NCBI GenBank assembly: GCA_964057225.1
Contig: CAXKVF010000073.1
Span: 620,001-684,000, forward strand
Direction of reading: 5' to 3'
Origin: Auanema rhodensis
Taxonomy: Eukaryota > Animalia > Nematoda
Length of the DNA stretch: 64,000 nucleotides
Numbering within the stretch: the stretch's first letter is position 1; each line of letters starts with the position of its first letter. A model generated the notes under the pieces. That model was not told where the DNA came from. It searched no databases and worked only from the letters and a program-made list of their open reading frames with translations. The position numbers and the translations under genes are program-made. This document shows, piece after piece, positions 11,801-27,900 of this stretch.

Positions 11801-14800
11801 AAGTCATGGTTACCATGCACCAATATCAATAAAAATTTGTTTTTATACTAATATGGACATGGGGAATCTAATTTTGAAAACCGCATCTCTTTATCTTTCA
11901 CGTGAAGCGAGTTACATACCAAGTGCACATCACGTGTACATTTAATTAGCATAAATTAAAGTTCACGTAAATTTCAAAGTCATGGTTACCATGAACCAAT
12001 ATCAATAAAAATTTGTTTTTAGACTAATATGGACATGGGGAATCTAATTTTGAAAACCGCATCTCTTCATCTTTCACGTGAAGCGAGTTACATACCAAGT
12101 GCACATCACGTGTACATTTAATTAGCATAAATTAAAGTTCACGTAAATTTCAAAGTCATGGTTACCATGCACCAATATCAATAAAAATTTGTTTTTAGAC
12201 TAATATGGACATGGGGAATCTAATTTTGAAAACCGCATCTCTTTTTCTTTCACGTGAAGCGAGTTACATACCAAGTGCACATCACGTGTACATTTAATTA
12301 GCATAAATTAAAGTTCACGTAAATTTCAAAGTCATGGTTACCATGCACCAATATCAATAAAAATTTGTTTTTAGACTAATATGGACATGGGGAATCTAAT
12401 TTTGAAAACCGCATCTCTTTATCTTTCACGTGAAGCGAGTTACATACCAAGTGCACATCACGTGTACAATTAATTAGCATAAATTAAAGTTCACGTAAAT
12501 TTCAAAGTCATGGTTACCATGAACCAATATCAATAAAAATTTGTTTTTAGACTAATATGGACATGGGGAATCTAATTTTGAAAACCGCATCTCTTTATCT
12601 TTCACGTGAAGCGAGTTACATACCAAGTGCACATCACGTGTACATTTAATTAGCATAAATTAAAGTTCACGTAAATTTCAAAGTCATGGTTACCATGAAC
12701 CAATATCAATAAAAATTTGTTTTTAGACTAATATGGACATGGGGAATCTATTTTTGAAAACCGCATCTCTTTATCTTTCACGTGAAGCGAGTTACATACC
12801 AAGTGCACATCACGTGTACATTTAATTAGCATAAATTAAAGTTCACGTAAATTTCAAAGTCATGGTTACCATGAACCAATATCAATAAAAATTTGTTTTT
12901 AGACTAATATGGACATGGGGAATCTAATTTTGAAAACCGCATCTCTTTATCTTTCACGTGAAGCGAGTTACATACCAAGTGCACATCACGTGTACATTTA
13001 ATTAGCATAAATTAAAGTTCACGTAAATTTCAAAGTCATGGTTACCATGCACCAATATCAATAAAAATTTGTTTTTAGACTAATATGGACATGGGGAATC
13101 TAATTTTGAAAACCGCATCTCTTTATCTTTCACGTGAAGCGAGTTACATACCAAGTGCACATCACGTGTACATTTAATTAGCATAAATTAAAGTTCACGT
13201 AAATTTCAAAGTCATGGTTACCATGAACCAATATCAATAAAAATTTGTTTTTAGACTAATATGGACATGAGGAATCTAATTTTGAAAACCGCATCTCTTC
13301 ATCTTTCACGTGAAGCGAGTTACATACCAAGTGCACATCACGTGTACATTTAATTAGCATAAATTAAAGTTCACGTAAATTTCAAAGTCATGGTTACCAT
13401 GAACCAATATCAATAAAAATTTGTTTTTAGACTAATATGGACATGGGGAATCTAATTTTGAAAACCGCATCTCTTTATCTTTCACGTGAAGCGAGTTACA
13501 TACCAAGTGCACATCACGTGTACATTTAATTATCATAAATTAAAGTTCACGTAAATTTCAAAGTCATGGTTACCATGAACCAATATCAATAAAAATTTGT
13601 TTTTAGACTAATATGGACATGGGGAATCTAATTTTGAAAACCGCATCTCTTTATCTTTCACGTGAAGCGAGTTACATACCAAGTGCACATCACGTGTACA
13701 TTTAATTAGCATAAATTAAAGTTCACGTAAATTTCAAAGTCATGGTTACCATGAACCAATATCAATAAAAATTTGTTTTTAGACTAATATGGACATGGGG
13801 AATCTAATTTTGAAAACCGCATCTCTTCATCTTTCACGTGAAGCGAGTTACATACCAAGTGCACATCACGTGTACAATTAATTAGCATAAATTAAAGTTC
13901 ACGTAAATTTCAAAGTCATGGTTACCATGAAGCAATATCAATAAAAATTTGTTTCTAGACTAAGATGGACATGGGGAATCTAATTTTGAAAACCGCAGCT
14001 CTTTATCTTTCACGTGAAGCGAGTTACATACCAAGTGCACATCACGTGTACATTTAATTAGCATAAATTAAAGTTCACGTAAATTTCAAAGTCATGGTTA
14101 CCATGAAGCAATATCAATAAAAATTTGTTTTTAGACTAATATGGACATGGGGAATCTAATTTTGAAAACCACATCTCTTTATCTTTCACGTGAAGCGAGT
14201 TACATACCAAGTGCACATCACGTGTACATTTAATTAGCATAAATTAAAGTTCACGTAAATTTCAAAGTCATGGTTACCATGAACCAATATCAATAAAAAT
14301 TTGTTTTTAGACTAATATGGACATGGGGAATCTAATTTTGAAAACCGCATCTCTTTATCTTTCACGTGAAGCGAGTTACATACCAAGTGCACATCACGTG
14401 TACATTTAATTAGCATAAATTAAAGTTCACGTAAATTTCAAAGTCATGGTTACCATGAACTAATATCAATAAAAATTTGTTTTTAGACTAATATGGACAT
14501 GGGGAATCTAATTTTGAAAACCGCATCTCTTTATCTTTCACGTGAAGCGAGTTACATACCAAGTGCACATCACGAGTACATTTAATTAGCATAAATTAAA
14601 GTTCACGTAAATTTCAAAGTCATGGTTACCATGAACCAATATCAATAAAAATTTGTTTTTAGACTAATATGGACATGGGGAATCTAATTTTGAAAACCGC
14701 ATCTCTTTATCTTTCACGTGAAGCGAGTTACATACCAAGTGCACATCACGTGTACATTTAATTAGCATAAATTAAAGTTCACGTAAATTTCAAAGTCATG

Positions 14801-17800
14801 GTTACCATGAACCAATATCAATAAAAATTTGTTTTTAGACTAATATGGACATGGGGAATCTAATTTTGAAAACCGCATCTCTTTATCTTTCACGTGAAGC
14901 GAGTTACATACCAAGTGCACATCACGTGTACATTTAATTAGCATTAATTAAAGTTCACGTAAATTTCAAAGTCATGGTTACCATGCACCAATATCAATAA
15001 AAATTTGTTTTTAGACTAATATGGACATGGGGAATCTAATTTTGAAAACCGCATCTCTTTATCTTTCACGTGAAGCGAGTTACATACCAAGTGCACATCA
15101 CGTGTACATTTAATTAGCATAAATTAAAGTTCACGTAAATTTCAAAGTCATGGTTACCATGAACCAATATCAATAAAAATTTGTTTTTAGACTAAGATGG
15201 ACATGGGGAATCTAATTTTGAAAACCGCATCTCTTTATCTTTCACGTGAAGCGAGTTACATACCAAGTGCACATCACGTGTACATTTAATTAGCATAAAT
15301 TAAAGTTCACGTAAATTTCAAAGTCATGGTTACCATGAAGCAATATCAATAAAAATTTGTTTTTAGACTAATATGGACATGGGGAATCTAATTTTGAAAA
15401 CCACATCTCTTTATCTTTCACGTGAAGCGAGTTACATACCAAGTGCACATCACGTGTACATTTAATTAGCATAAATTAAAGTTCACGTAAATTTCAAAGT
15501 CATGGTTACCATGAACCAATATCAATAAAAATTTGTTTTTAGACTAATATGGACATGGGGAATCTAATTTTGAAAACCGCATCTCTTTATCTTTCACGTG
15601 AAGCGAGTTACATACCAAGTGCACATCACGTGTACATTTAATTAGCATAAATTAAAGTTCACGTAAATTTCAAAGTCATGGTTACCATGAACTAATATCA
15701 ATAAAAATTTGTTTTTAGACTAATATGGACATGGGGAATCTAATTTTGAAAACCGCATCTCTTTATCTTTCACGTGAAGCGAGTTACATACCAAGTGCAC
15801 ATCACGTGTACATTTAATTAGCATAAATTAAAGTTCACGTAAATTTCAAAGTCATGGTTACCATGAACCAATATCAATAAAAATTTGTTTTTAGACTAAT
15901 ATGGACATGGGGAATCTAATTTTGAAAACCGCATCTCTTTATCTTTCACGTGAAGCGAGTTACATACCAAGTGCACATCACGTGTACATTTAATTAGCAT
16001 AAATTAAAGTTCACGTAAATTTCAAAGTCATGGTTACCATGAACCAATATCAATAAAAATTTGTTTTTAGACTAATATGGACATGGGGAATCTATTTTTG
16101 AAAACCGCATCTCTTTATCTTTCACGTGAAGCGAGTTACATACCAAGTGCACATCACGTGTACATTTAATTAGCATAAATTAAAGTTCACGTAAATTTCA
16201 AAGTCATGGTTACCATGAACCAATATCAATAAAAATTTGTTTTTAGACTAATATGGACATGGGGAATCTAATTTTGAAAACCGCATCTCTTTATCTTTCA
16301 CGTGAAGCGAGTTACATACCAAGTGCACATCACGTGTACATTTAATTAGCATAAATTAAAGTTCACGTAAATTTCAAAGTCATGGTTACCATGCACCAAT
16401 ATCAATAAAAATTTGTTTTTAGACTAATATGGACATGGGGAATCTAATTTTGAAAACCGTATCTCTTTATATTTCACGTGAAGCGAGTTACATACCAAGT
16501 GCACATCACGTGTACATTTAATTAGCATAAATTAAAGTTCACGTAAATTTCAAAGTCATGGTTACCATGAACCAATATCAATAAAAATTTGTTTTTAGAC
16601 TAATATGGACATGAGGAATCTAATTTTGAAAACCGCATCTCTTCATCTTTCACGTGAAGCGAGTTACATACCAAGTGCACATCACGTGTACATTTAATTA
16701 GCATAAATTAAAGTTCACGTAAATTTCAAAGTCATGGTTACCATGAACCAATATCAATAAAAATTTGTTTTTAGACTAATATGGACATGGGGAATCTAAT
16801 TTTGAAAACCGCATCTCTTTATCTTTCACGTGAAGCGAGTTACATACCAAGTGCACATCACGTGTACATTTAATTAGCATAAATTAAAGTTCACGTAAAT
16901 TTCAAAGTCATGGTTACCATGAACCAATATCAATAAAAATTTGTTTTTAGACTAATATGGACATGGGGAATCTAATTTTGAAAACCGCATCTCTTTATCT
17001 TTCACGTGAAGCGAGTTACATACCAAGTGCACATCACGTGTACATTTAATTAGCATAAATTAAAGTTCACGTAAATTTCAAAGTCATGGTTACCATGAAC
17101 CAATATCAATAAAAATTTGTTTTTAGACTAATATGGACATGGGGAATCTAATTTTGAAAACCGCATCTCTTTATCTTTCACGTGAAGCGAGTTACATACC
17201 AAGTGCACATCACGTGTACATTTAATTAGCATAAATTAAAGTTCACGTAAATTTCAAAGTCATGGTTACCATGAACCAATATCAATAAAAATTTGTTTTT
17301 AGACTAATATGGACATGGGGAATCTAATTTTGAAAACCGCATCTCTTTATCTTTCACGTGAAGCGAGTTACATACCAAGTGCACATCACGTGTACATTTA
17401 ATTAGCATAAATTAAAGTTCACGTAAATTTCAAAGTCATGGTTACCATGAACCAATATCAATAAAAATTTGTTTTTAGACTAATATGGACATGGGGAATC
17501 TAATTTTGAAAACCGCATCTCTTCATCTTTCACGTGAAGCGAGTTACATACCAAGTGCACATCACGTGTACATTTAATTAGCATAAATTAAAGTTCACGT
17601 AAATTTCAAAGTCATGGTTACCATGCACAAATATCAATAAAAATTTGTTTTTAGACTAATATGGACATGGGGAATCTAATTTTGAAAACCGCATCTCTTT
17701 ATCTTTCACGTGAAGCGAGTTACATACCAAGTGCACATCACGTGTACATTTAATTAGCATAAATTAAAGTTCACGTAAATTTCAAAGTCATGGTTACCAT

Positions 17801-20592
17801 GCACCAATATCAATAAAAATTTGTTTTTAGACTAATATGGACATGGGGAATCTAATTTTGAAAACCGCATCTCTTTATCTTTCACGTGGAGCGAGTTACA
17901 TACCAAGTGCACATCACGTGTACATTTAATTAGCATAAATTAAAGTTCACGTAAATTTCAAAGTCATGGTTACCATGAAGCAATATCAATAAAAATTTGT
18001 TTTTAGACTAATATGGACATGGGGAATCTAATTTTGAAAACCGCATCTCTTTATCTTTCACGTGAAGCGAGTTACATACCAAGTGCACATCACGTGTACA
18101 TTTAATTAGCATAAATTAAAGTTCACGTAAATTTCAAAGTCATGGTTACCATGCACCAATATCAATAAAAATTTGTTTTTAGACTAATATGGACATGGGG
18201 AATCTAATTTTGAAAACCGCATCTCTTTATCTTTCACGTGAAGCGAGTTACATACCAAGTGCACATCACGTGTACATTTAATTAGCATAAATTAAAGTTC
18301 ACGTAAATTTCAAAGTCATGGTTACCATGAACCAATATCAATAAAAATTTGTTTTTAGACTAATATGGACATGGGGAATCTAATTTTGAAAACCGCATCT
18401 CTTCATCTTTCACGTGAAGCGAGTTACATACCAAGTGCACATCACGTGTACATTTAATTAGCATAAATTAAAGTTCACGTAAATTTCAAAGTCATGGTTA
18501 CCATGCACCAATATCAATAAAAATTTGTTTTTAGACTAATATGGACATGGGGAATCTAATTTTGAAAACCGCATCTCTTTTTCTTTCACGTGAAGCGAGT
18601 TACATACCAAGTGCACATCACGTGTACATTTAATTAGCATAAATTAAAGTTCACGTAAATTTCAAAGTCATGGTTACCATGCACCAATATCAATAAAAAT
18701 TTGTTTTTAGACTAATATGGACATGGGGAATCTAATTTTGAAAACCGCATCTCTTTATCTTTCACGTGAAGCGAGTTACATACCAAGTGCACATCACGTG
18801 TACATTTAATTAGCATAAATTAAAGTTCACGTAAATTTCAAAGTCATGGTTACCATGAACCAATATCAATAAAAATTTGTTTTTAGACTAATATGGACAT
18901 GGGGAATCTAATTTTGAAAACCGCATCTCTTCATCTTTCACGTGAAGCGAGTTACATACCAAGTGCACATCACGTGTACATTTAATTAGCATAAATTAAA
19001 GTTCACGTAAATTTCAAAGTCATGGTTACCATGCACCAATATCAATAAAAATTTGTTTTTAGACTAATATGGACATGGGGAATCTAATTTTGAAAACCGC
19101 ATCTCTTTTTCTTTCACGTGAAGCGAGTTACATACCAAGTGCACATCACGTGTACATTTAATTAGCATAAAATAAAGTTCACGTAAATTTCAAAGTCATG
19201 GTTACCATGCACCAATATCAATAAAAATTTGTTTTTAGACTAATATGGACATGGGGAATCTAATTTTGAAAACCGCATCTCTTTATCTTTCACGTGAAGC
19301 GAGTTACATACCAAGTGCACATCACGTGTACAATTAATTAGCATAAATTAAAGTTCACGTAAATTTCAAAGTCATGGTTACCATGAAGCAATATCAATAA
19401 AAATTTGTTTCTAGACTAATATGGACATGGGGAATCTAATTTTGAAAACCGCATCTCTTTATCTTTCACGTGAAGCGAGTTACATACCAAGTGCACATCA
19501 CGTGTACATTTAATTAGCATAAATTAAAGTTCACGTAAATTTCAAAGTCATGGTTACCATGAAGCAATATCAATAAAAATTTGTTTTTAGACTAATATGG
19601 ACATGGGGAATCTAATTTTGAAAACCACATCTCTTTATCTTTCACGTGAAGCGAGTTACATACCAAGTGCACATCACGTGTACATTTAATTAGCATAAAT
19701 TAAAGTTCACGTAAATTTCAAAGTCATGGTTACCATGAACCAATATCAATAAAAATTTGTTTTTAGACTAATATGGACATGGGGAATCTAATTTTGAAAA
19801 CCGCATCTCTTTATCTTTCACGTGAAGCGAGTTACATACCAAGTGCACATCACGTGTACATTTAATTAGCATAAATTAAAGTTCACGTAAATTTCAAAGT
19901 CATGGTTACCATGAACTAATATCAATAAAAATTTGTTTTTAGACTAATATGGACATGGGGAATCTAATTTTGAAAACCGCATCTCTTTATCTTTCACGTG
20001 AAGCGAGTTACATACCAAGTGCACATCACGTGTACATTTAATTAGCATAAATTAAAGTTCACGTAAATTTCAAAGTCATGGTTACCATGAACCAATATCA
20101 ATAAAAATTTGTTTTTAGACTAATATGGACATGGGGAATCTAATTTTGAAAACCGCATCTCTTTATCTTTCACGTGAAGCGAGTTACATACCAAGTGCAC
20201 ATCACGTGTACATTTAATTAGCATAAATTAAAGTTCACGTAAATTTCAAAGTCATGGTTACCATGAACCAATATCAATAAAAATTTGTTTTTAGACTAAT
20301 ATGGACATGGGGAATCTAATTTTGAAAACCGCATCTCTTTATCTTTCACGTGAAGCGAGTTACATACCAAGTGCACATCACGTGTACATTTAATTAGCAT
20401 AAATTAAAGTTCACGTAAATTTCAAAGTCATGGTTACCATGAACCAATATCAATAAAAATTTGTTTTTAGACTAATATGGACATGGGGAATCTAATTTTG
20501 AAAACCGCATCTCTTTATCTTTCACGTGAAGCGAGTTACATACCAAGTGCACATCACGTGTACATTTAATTAGCATAAATTAAAGTTCACGT

Positions 20593-23500
20593 AAATTTCA
20601 AAGTCATGGTTACCATGAACCAATATCAATAAAAATTTGTTTTTAGACTAATATGGACATGAGGAATCTAATTTTGAAAACCGCATCTCTTCATCTTTCA
20701 CGTGAAGCGAGTTACATACCAAGTGCACATCACGTGTACATTTAATTAGCATAAATTAAAGTTCACGTAAATTTCAAAGTCATGGTTACCATGAACCAAT
20801 ATCAATAAAAATTTGTTTTTAGACTAATATGGACATGGGGAATCTAATTTCGAAAACCGCATCTCTTTATCTTTCACGTGAAGCGAGTTACATACCAAGT
20901 GCACATCACGTGTACATTTAATTAGCATAAATTAAAGTTCACGTAAACTTCAAAGTCATGGTTACCATGCACCAATATCAATAAAAATTTGTTTTTAGAC
21001 TAATATGGACATGGGGAATCTAATTTTGAAAACCGCATCTCTTTATCTTTCACGTGAAGCGAGTTACATACCAAGTGCACATCACGTGTACATTTAATTA
21101 GCATAAATTAAAGTTCACGTAAATTTCAAAGTCATGGTTACCATGCACAAATATCAATAAAAATTTGTTTTTAGACTAATATGGACATGGGGAATCTAAT
21201 TTTGAAAACCGCATCTCTTTATCTTTCACGTGAAGCGAGTTACATACCAAGTGCACATCACGTGTACATTTAATTAGCATAAATTAAAGTTCACGTAAAT
21301 TTCAAAGTCATGGTTACCATGAACCAATATCAATAAAAATTTGTTTTTAGACTAAGATGGACATGGGGAATCTAATTTTGAAAACCGCATCTCTTTATCT
21401 TTCACGTGAAGCGAGTTACATACCAAGTGCACATCACGTGTACATTTAATTAGCATAAATTAAAGTTCACGTAAATTTCAAAGTCATGGTTACCATGAAG
21501 CAATATCAATAAAAATTTGTTTTTAGACTAATATGGACATGGGGAATCTAATTTTGAAAACCACATCTCTTTATCTTTCACGTGAAGCGAGTTACATACC
21601 AAGTGCACATCACGTGTACATTTAATTAGCATAAATTAAAGTTCACGTAAATTTCAAAGTCATGGTTACCATGAACCAATATCAATAAAAATTTGTTTTT
21701 AGACTAATATGGACATGGGGAATCTAATTTTGAAAACCGCATCTCTTTATCTTTCACGTGAAGCGAGTTACATACCAAGTGCACATCACGTGTACATTTA
21801 ATTAGCATAAATTAAAGTTCACGTAAATTTCAAAGTCATGGTTACCATGAACTAATATCAATAAAAATTTGTTTTTAGACTAATATGGACATGGGGAATC
21901 TAATTTTGAAAACCGCATCTCTTTATCTTTCACGTGAAGCGAGTTACATACCAAGTGCACATCACGTGTACATTTAATTAGCATAAATTAAAGTTCACGT
22001 AAATTTCAAAGTCATGGTTACCATGAACCAATATCAATAAAAATTTGTTTTTAGACTAATATGGACATGGGGAATCTAATTTTGAAAACCGCATCTCTTT
22101 ATCTTTCACGTGAAGCGAGTTACATACCAAGTGCACATCACGTGTACATTTAATTAGCATAAATTAAAGTTCACGTAAATTTCAAAGTCATGGTTACCAT
22201 GAACCAATATCAATAAAAATTTGTTTTTAGACTAATATGGACATGGGGAATCTATTTTTGAAAACCGCATCTCTTTATCTTTCACGTGAAGCGAGTTACA
22301 TACCAAGTGCACATCACGTGTACATTTAATTAGCATAAATTAAAGTTCATGTAAATTTCAAAGTCATGGTTACCATGAACCAATATCAATAAAAATTTGT
22401 TTTTAGACTAATATGGACATGGGGAATCTAATTTTGAAAACCGCATCTCTTTATCTTTCACGTGAAGCGAGTTACATACCAAGTGCACATCACGTGTACA
22501 TTTAATTAGCATAAATTAAAGTTCACGTAAATTTCAAAGTCATGGTTACCATGCACCAATATCAATAAAAATTTGTTTTTAGACTAATATGGACATGGGG
22601 AATCTAATTTTGAAAACCGTATCTCTTTATATTTCACGTGAAGCGAGTTACATACCAAGTGCACATCACGTGTACATTTAATTAGCATAAATTAAAGTTC
22701 ACGTAAATTTCAAAGTCATGGTTACCATGAACCAATATCAATAAAAATTTGTTTTTAGACTAATATGGACATGAGGAATCTAATTTTGAAAACCGCATCT
22801 CTTCATCTTTCACGTGAAGCGAGTTACATACCAAGTGCACATCACGTGTACATTTAATTAGCATAAATTAAAGTTCACGTAAATTTCAAAGTCATGGTTA
22901 CCATGAACCAATATCAATAAAAATTTGTTTTTAGACTAATATGGACATGGGGAATCTAATTTCGAAAACCGCATCTCTTTATCTTTCACGTGAAGCGAGT
23001 TACATACCAAGTGCACATCACGTGTACATTTAATTAGCATAAATTAAAGTTCACGTAAACTTCAAAGTCATGGTTACCATGCACCAATATCAATAAAAAT
23101 TTGTTTTTAGACTAATATGGACATGGGGAATCTAATTTTGAAAACCGCATCTCTTTATCTTTCACGTGAAGCGAGTTACATACCAAGTGCACATCACGTG
23201 TACATTTAATTAGCATAAATTAAAGTTCACGTAAATTTCAAAGTCATGGTTACCATGCACAAATATCAATAAAAATTTGTTTTTAGACTAATATGGACAT
23301 GGGGAATCTAATTTTGAAAACCGCATCTCTTTATCTTTCACGTGAAGCGAGTTACATACCAAGTGCACATCACGTGTACATTTAATTAGCATAAATTAAA
23401 GTTCACGTAAATTTCAAAGTCATGGTTACCATGAACCAATATCAATAAAAATTTGTTTTTAGACTAAGATGGACATGGGGAATCTAATTTTGAAAACCGC

Positions 23501-24992
23501 ATCTCTTTATCTTTCACGTGAAGCGAGTTACATACCAAGTGCACATCACGTGTACATTTAATTAGCATAAATTAAAGTTCACGTAAATTTCAAAGTCATG
23601 GTTACCATGAAGCAATATCAATAAAAATTTGTTTTTAGACTAATATGGACATGGGGAATCTAATTTTGAAAACCACATCTCTTTATCTTTCACGTGAAGC
23701 GAGTTACATACCAAGTGCACATCACGTGTACATTTAATTAGCATAAATTAAAGTTCACGTAAATTTCAAAGTCATGGTTACCATGAACCAATATCAATAA
23801 AAATTTGTTTTTAGACTAATATGGACATGGGGAATCTAATTTTGAAAACCGCATCTCTTTATCTTTCACGTGAAGCGAGTTACATACCAAGTGCACATCA
23901 CGTGTACATTTAATTAGCATAAATTAAAGTTCACGTAAATTTCAAAGTCATGGTTACCATGAACTAATATCAATAAAAATTTGTTTTTAGACTAATATGG
24001 ACATGGGGAATCTAATTTTGAAAACCGCATCTCTTTATCTTTCACGTGAAGCGAGTTACATACCAAGTGCACATCACGTGTACATTTAATTAGCATAAAT
24101 TAAAGTTCACGTAAATTTCAAAGTCATGGTTACCATGAACCAATATCAATAAAAATTTGTTTTTAGACTAATATGGACATGGGGAATCTAATTTTGAAAA
24201 CCGCATCTCTTTATCTTTCACGTGAAGCGAGTTACATACCAAGTGCACATCACGTGTACATTTAATTAGCATAAATTAAAGTTCACGTAAATTTCAAAGT
24301 CATGGTTACCATGAACCAATATCAATAAAAATTTGTTTTTAGACTAATATGGACATGGGGAATCTATTTTTGAAAACCGCATCTCTTTATCTTTCACGTG
24401 AAGCGAGTTACATACCAAGTGCACATCACGTGTACATTTAATTAGCATAAATTAAAGTTCATGTAAATTTCAAAGTCATGGTTACCATGAACCAATATCA
24501 ATAAAAATTTGTTTTTAGACTAATATGGACATGGGGAATCTAATTTTGAAAACCGCATCTCTTTATCTTTCACGTGAAGCGAGTTACATACCAAGTGCAC
24601 ATCACGTGTACATTTAATTAGCATAAATTAAAGTTCACGTAAATTTCAAAGTCATGGTTACCATGCACCAATATCAATAAAAATTTGTTTTTAGACTAAT
24701 ATGGACATGGGGAATCTAATTTTGAAAACCGTATCTCTTTATATTTCACGTGAAGCGAGTTACATACCAAGTGCACATCACGTGTACATTTAATTAGCAT
24801 AAATTAAAGTTCACGTAAATTTCAAAGTCATGGTTACCATGAACCAATATCAATAAAAATTTGTTTTTAGACTAATATGGACATGAGGAATCTAATTTTG
24901 AAAACCGCATCTCTTCATCTTTCACGTGAAGCGAGTTACATACCAAGTGCACATCACGTGTACATTTAATTAGCATAAATTAAAGTTCACGT
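20593..24992. repeat. Tandem duplication of a 12-monomer (2112-bp) higher-order unit
   Basis: SNP pairs exactly 2112 apart: T83C 20851/22963, C174T 22350/24462, C92T 22620/24732. Confidence 0.92.
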
Positions 24993-27900
24993 AAATTTCA
25001 AAGTCATGGTTACCATGAACCAATATCAATAAAGATTTGTTTTTAGACTAATATGGACATGGGGAATCTAATTTTGAAAACCGCATCTCTTTATCTTTCA
25101 CGTGAAGCGAGTTACATACCAAGTGCACATCACGTGTACATTTAATTAGCATAAATTAAAGTTCACGTAAATTTCAAAGTCATGGTTACCATGAACCAAT
25201 ATCAATAAAAATTTGTTTTTAGACTAATATGGACATGGGGAATCTAATTTTGAAAACCGCATCTCTTTATCTTTCACGTGAAGCGAGTTACATACCAAGT
25301 GCACATCACGTGTACATTTAATTAGCATAAATAAAAGTTCACGTAAATTTCAAAGTCATGGTTACCATGAACCAATATCAATAAAAATTTGTTTTTAGAC
25401 TAATATGGACATGGGGAATCTAATTTTGAAAACCGCATCTCTTTATCTTTCACGTGAAGCGAGTTACATACCAAGTGCACATCACGTGTACATTTAATTA
25501 GCATAAATTAAAGTTCACGTAAATTTCAAAGTCATGGTTACCATGAACCAATATCAATAAAAATTTGTTTTTAGACTAATATGGACATGGGGAATCTAAT
25601 TTTGAAAACCGCATCTCTTTATCTTTCACGTGAAGCGAGTTACATACCAAGTGCACATCACGTGTACATTTAATTAGCATAAATTAAAGTTCACGTAAAT
25701 TTCAAAGTCATGGTTACCATGCACCAATATCAATAAAAATTTGTTTTTAGACTAATATGGACATGGGGAATCTAATTTTGAAAACCGCATCTCTTTATCT
25801 TTCACGTGAAGCGAGTTACATACCAAGTGCACATCACGTGTACATTTAATTAGCATAAATTAAAGTTCACGTAAATTTCAAAGTCATGGTTACCATGAAC
25901 CAATATCAATAAAAATTTGTTTTTAGACTAATATGGACATGGGGAATCTAATTTTGAAAACCGCATCTCTTCATCTTTCACGTGAAGCGAGTTACATACC
26001 AAGTGCACATCACGTGTACATTTAATTAGCATAAATTAAAGTTCACGTAAATTTCAAAGTCATGGTTACCATGCACAAATATCAATAAAAATTTGTTTTT
26101 AGACTAATATGGACATGGGGAATCTAATTTTGAAAACCGCATCTCTTTATCTTTCACGTGAAGCGAGTTACATACCAAGTGCACATCACGTGTACATTTA
26201 ATTAGCATAAATTAAAGTTCACGTAAATTTCAAAGTCATGGTTACCATGCACCAATATCAATAAAAATTTGTTTTTAGACTAATATGGACATGAGGAATC
26301 TAATTTTGAAAACCGCATCTCTTCATCTTTCACGTGAAGCGAGTTACATACCAAGTGCACATCACGTGTACATTTAATTAGCATAAATTAAAGTTCACGT
26401 AAATTTCAAAGTCATGGTTACCATGAACCAATATCAATAAAAATTTGTTTTTAGACTAATATGGACATGGGGAATCTAATTTTGAAAACCGCATCTCTTT
26501 ATCTTTCACGTGAAGCGAGTTACATACCAAGTGCACATCACGTGTACATTTAATTAGCATAAATTAAAGTTCACGTAAATTTCAAAGTCATGGTTACCAT
26601 GAACCAATATCAATAAAAATTTGTTTTTAGACTAATATGGACATGGGGAATCTAATTTTGAAAACCGCATCTCTTTATCTTTCACGTGAAGCGAGTTACA
26701 TACCAAGTGCACATCACGTGTACATTTAATTAGCATAAATTAAAGTTCACGTAAATTTCAAAGTCATGGTTACCATGCACCAATATCAATAAAAATTTGT
26801 TTTTAGACTAATATGGACATGGGGAATCTAATTTTGAAAACCGCATCTCTTTATCTTTCACGTGAAGCGAGTTACATACCAAGTGCACATCACGTGTACA
26901 TTTAATTAGCATAAATTAAAGTTCACGTAAATTTCAAAGTCATGGTTACCATGAACCAATATCAATAAAAATTTGTTTTTAGACTAATATGGACATGGGG
27001 AATCTAATTTTGAAAACCGCATCTCTTTATCTTTCACGTGAAGCGAGTTACATACCAAGTGCACATCACGTGTACATTTAATTAGCATAAATTAAAGTTC
27101 ACGTAAATTTCAAAGTCATGGTTACCATGCACCAATATCAATAAAAATTTGTTTTTAGACTAATATGGACATGGGGAATCTAATTTTGAAAACCGCATCT
27201 CTTTATCTTTCACGTGAAGCGAGTTACATACCAAGTGCACATCACGTGTACATTTAATTAGCATAAATTAAAGTTCACGTAAATTTCAAAGTCATGGTTA
27301 CCATGAACCAATATCAATAAAAATTTGTTTTTAGACTAATATGGACATGGGGAATCTAATTTTGAAAACCGCATCTCTTCATCTTTCACGTGAAGCGAGT
27401 TACATACCAAGTGCACATCACGTGTACATTTAATTAGCATAAATTAAAGTTCACGTAAATTTCAAAGTCATGGTTACCATGCACAAATATCAATAAAAAT
27501 TTGTTTTTAGACTAATATGGACATGGGGAATCTAATTTTGAAAACCGCATCTCTTTATCTTTCACGTGAAGCGAGTTACATACCAAGTGCACATCACGTG
27601 TACATTTAATTAGCATAAATTAAAGTTCACGTAAATTTCAAAGTCATGGTTACCATGCACCAATATCAATAAAAATTTGTTTTTAGACTAATATGGACAT
27701 GGGGAATCTAATTTTGAAAACCGCATCTCTTTATCTTTCACGTGGAGCGAGTTACATACCAAGTGCACATCACGTGTACATTTAATTAGCATAAATTAAA
27801 GTTCACGTAAATTTCAAAGTCATGGTTACCATGAAGCAATATCAATAAAAATTTGTTTTTAGACTAATATGGACATGGGGAATCTAATTTTGAAAACCGC

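Noticed and set aside
20848-20865. TTCG created by T83C as a possible CENP-B box
   Set aside because: TTCGAAAACCGCATC lacks the required A and CGGG of TTCGnnnnAnnCGGG, and occurs in only two copies.
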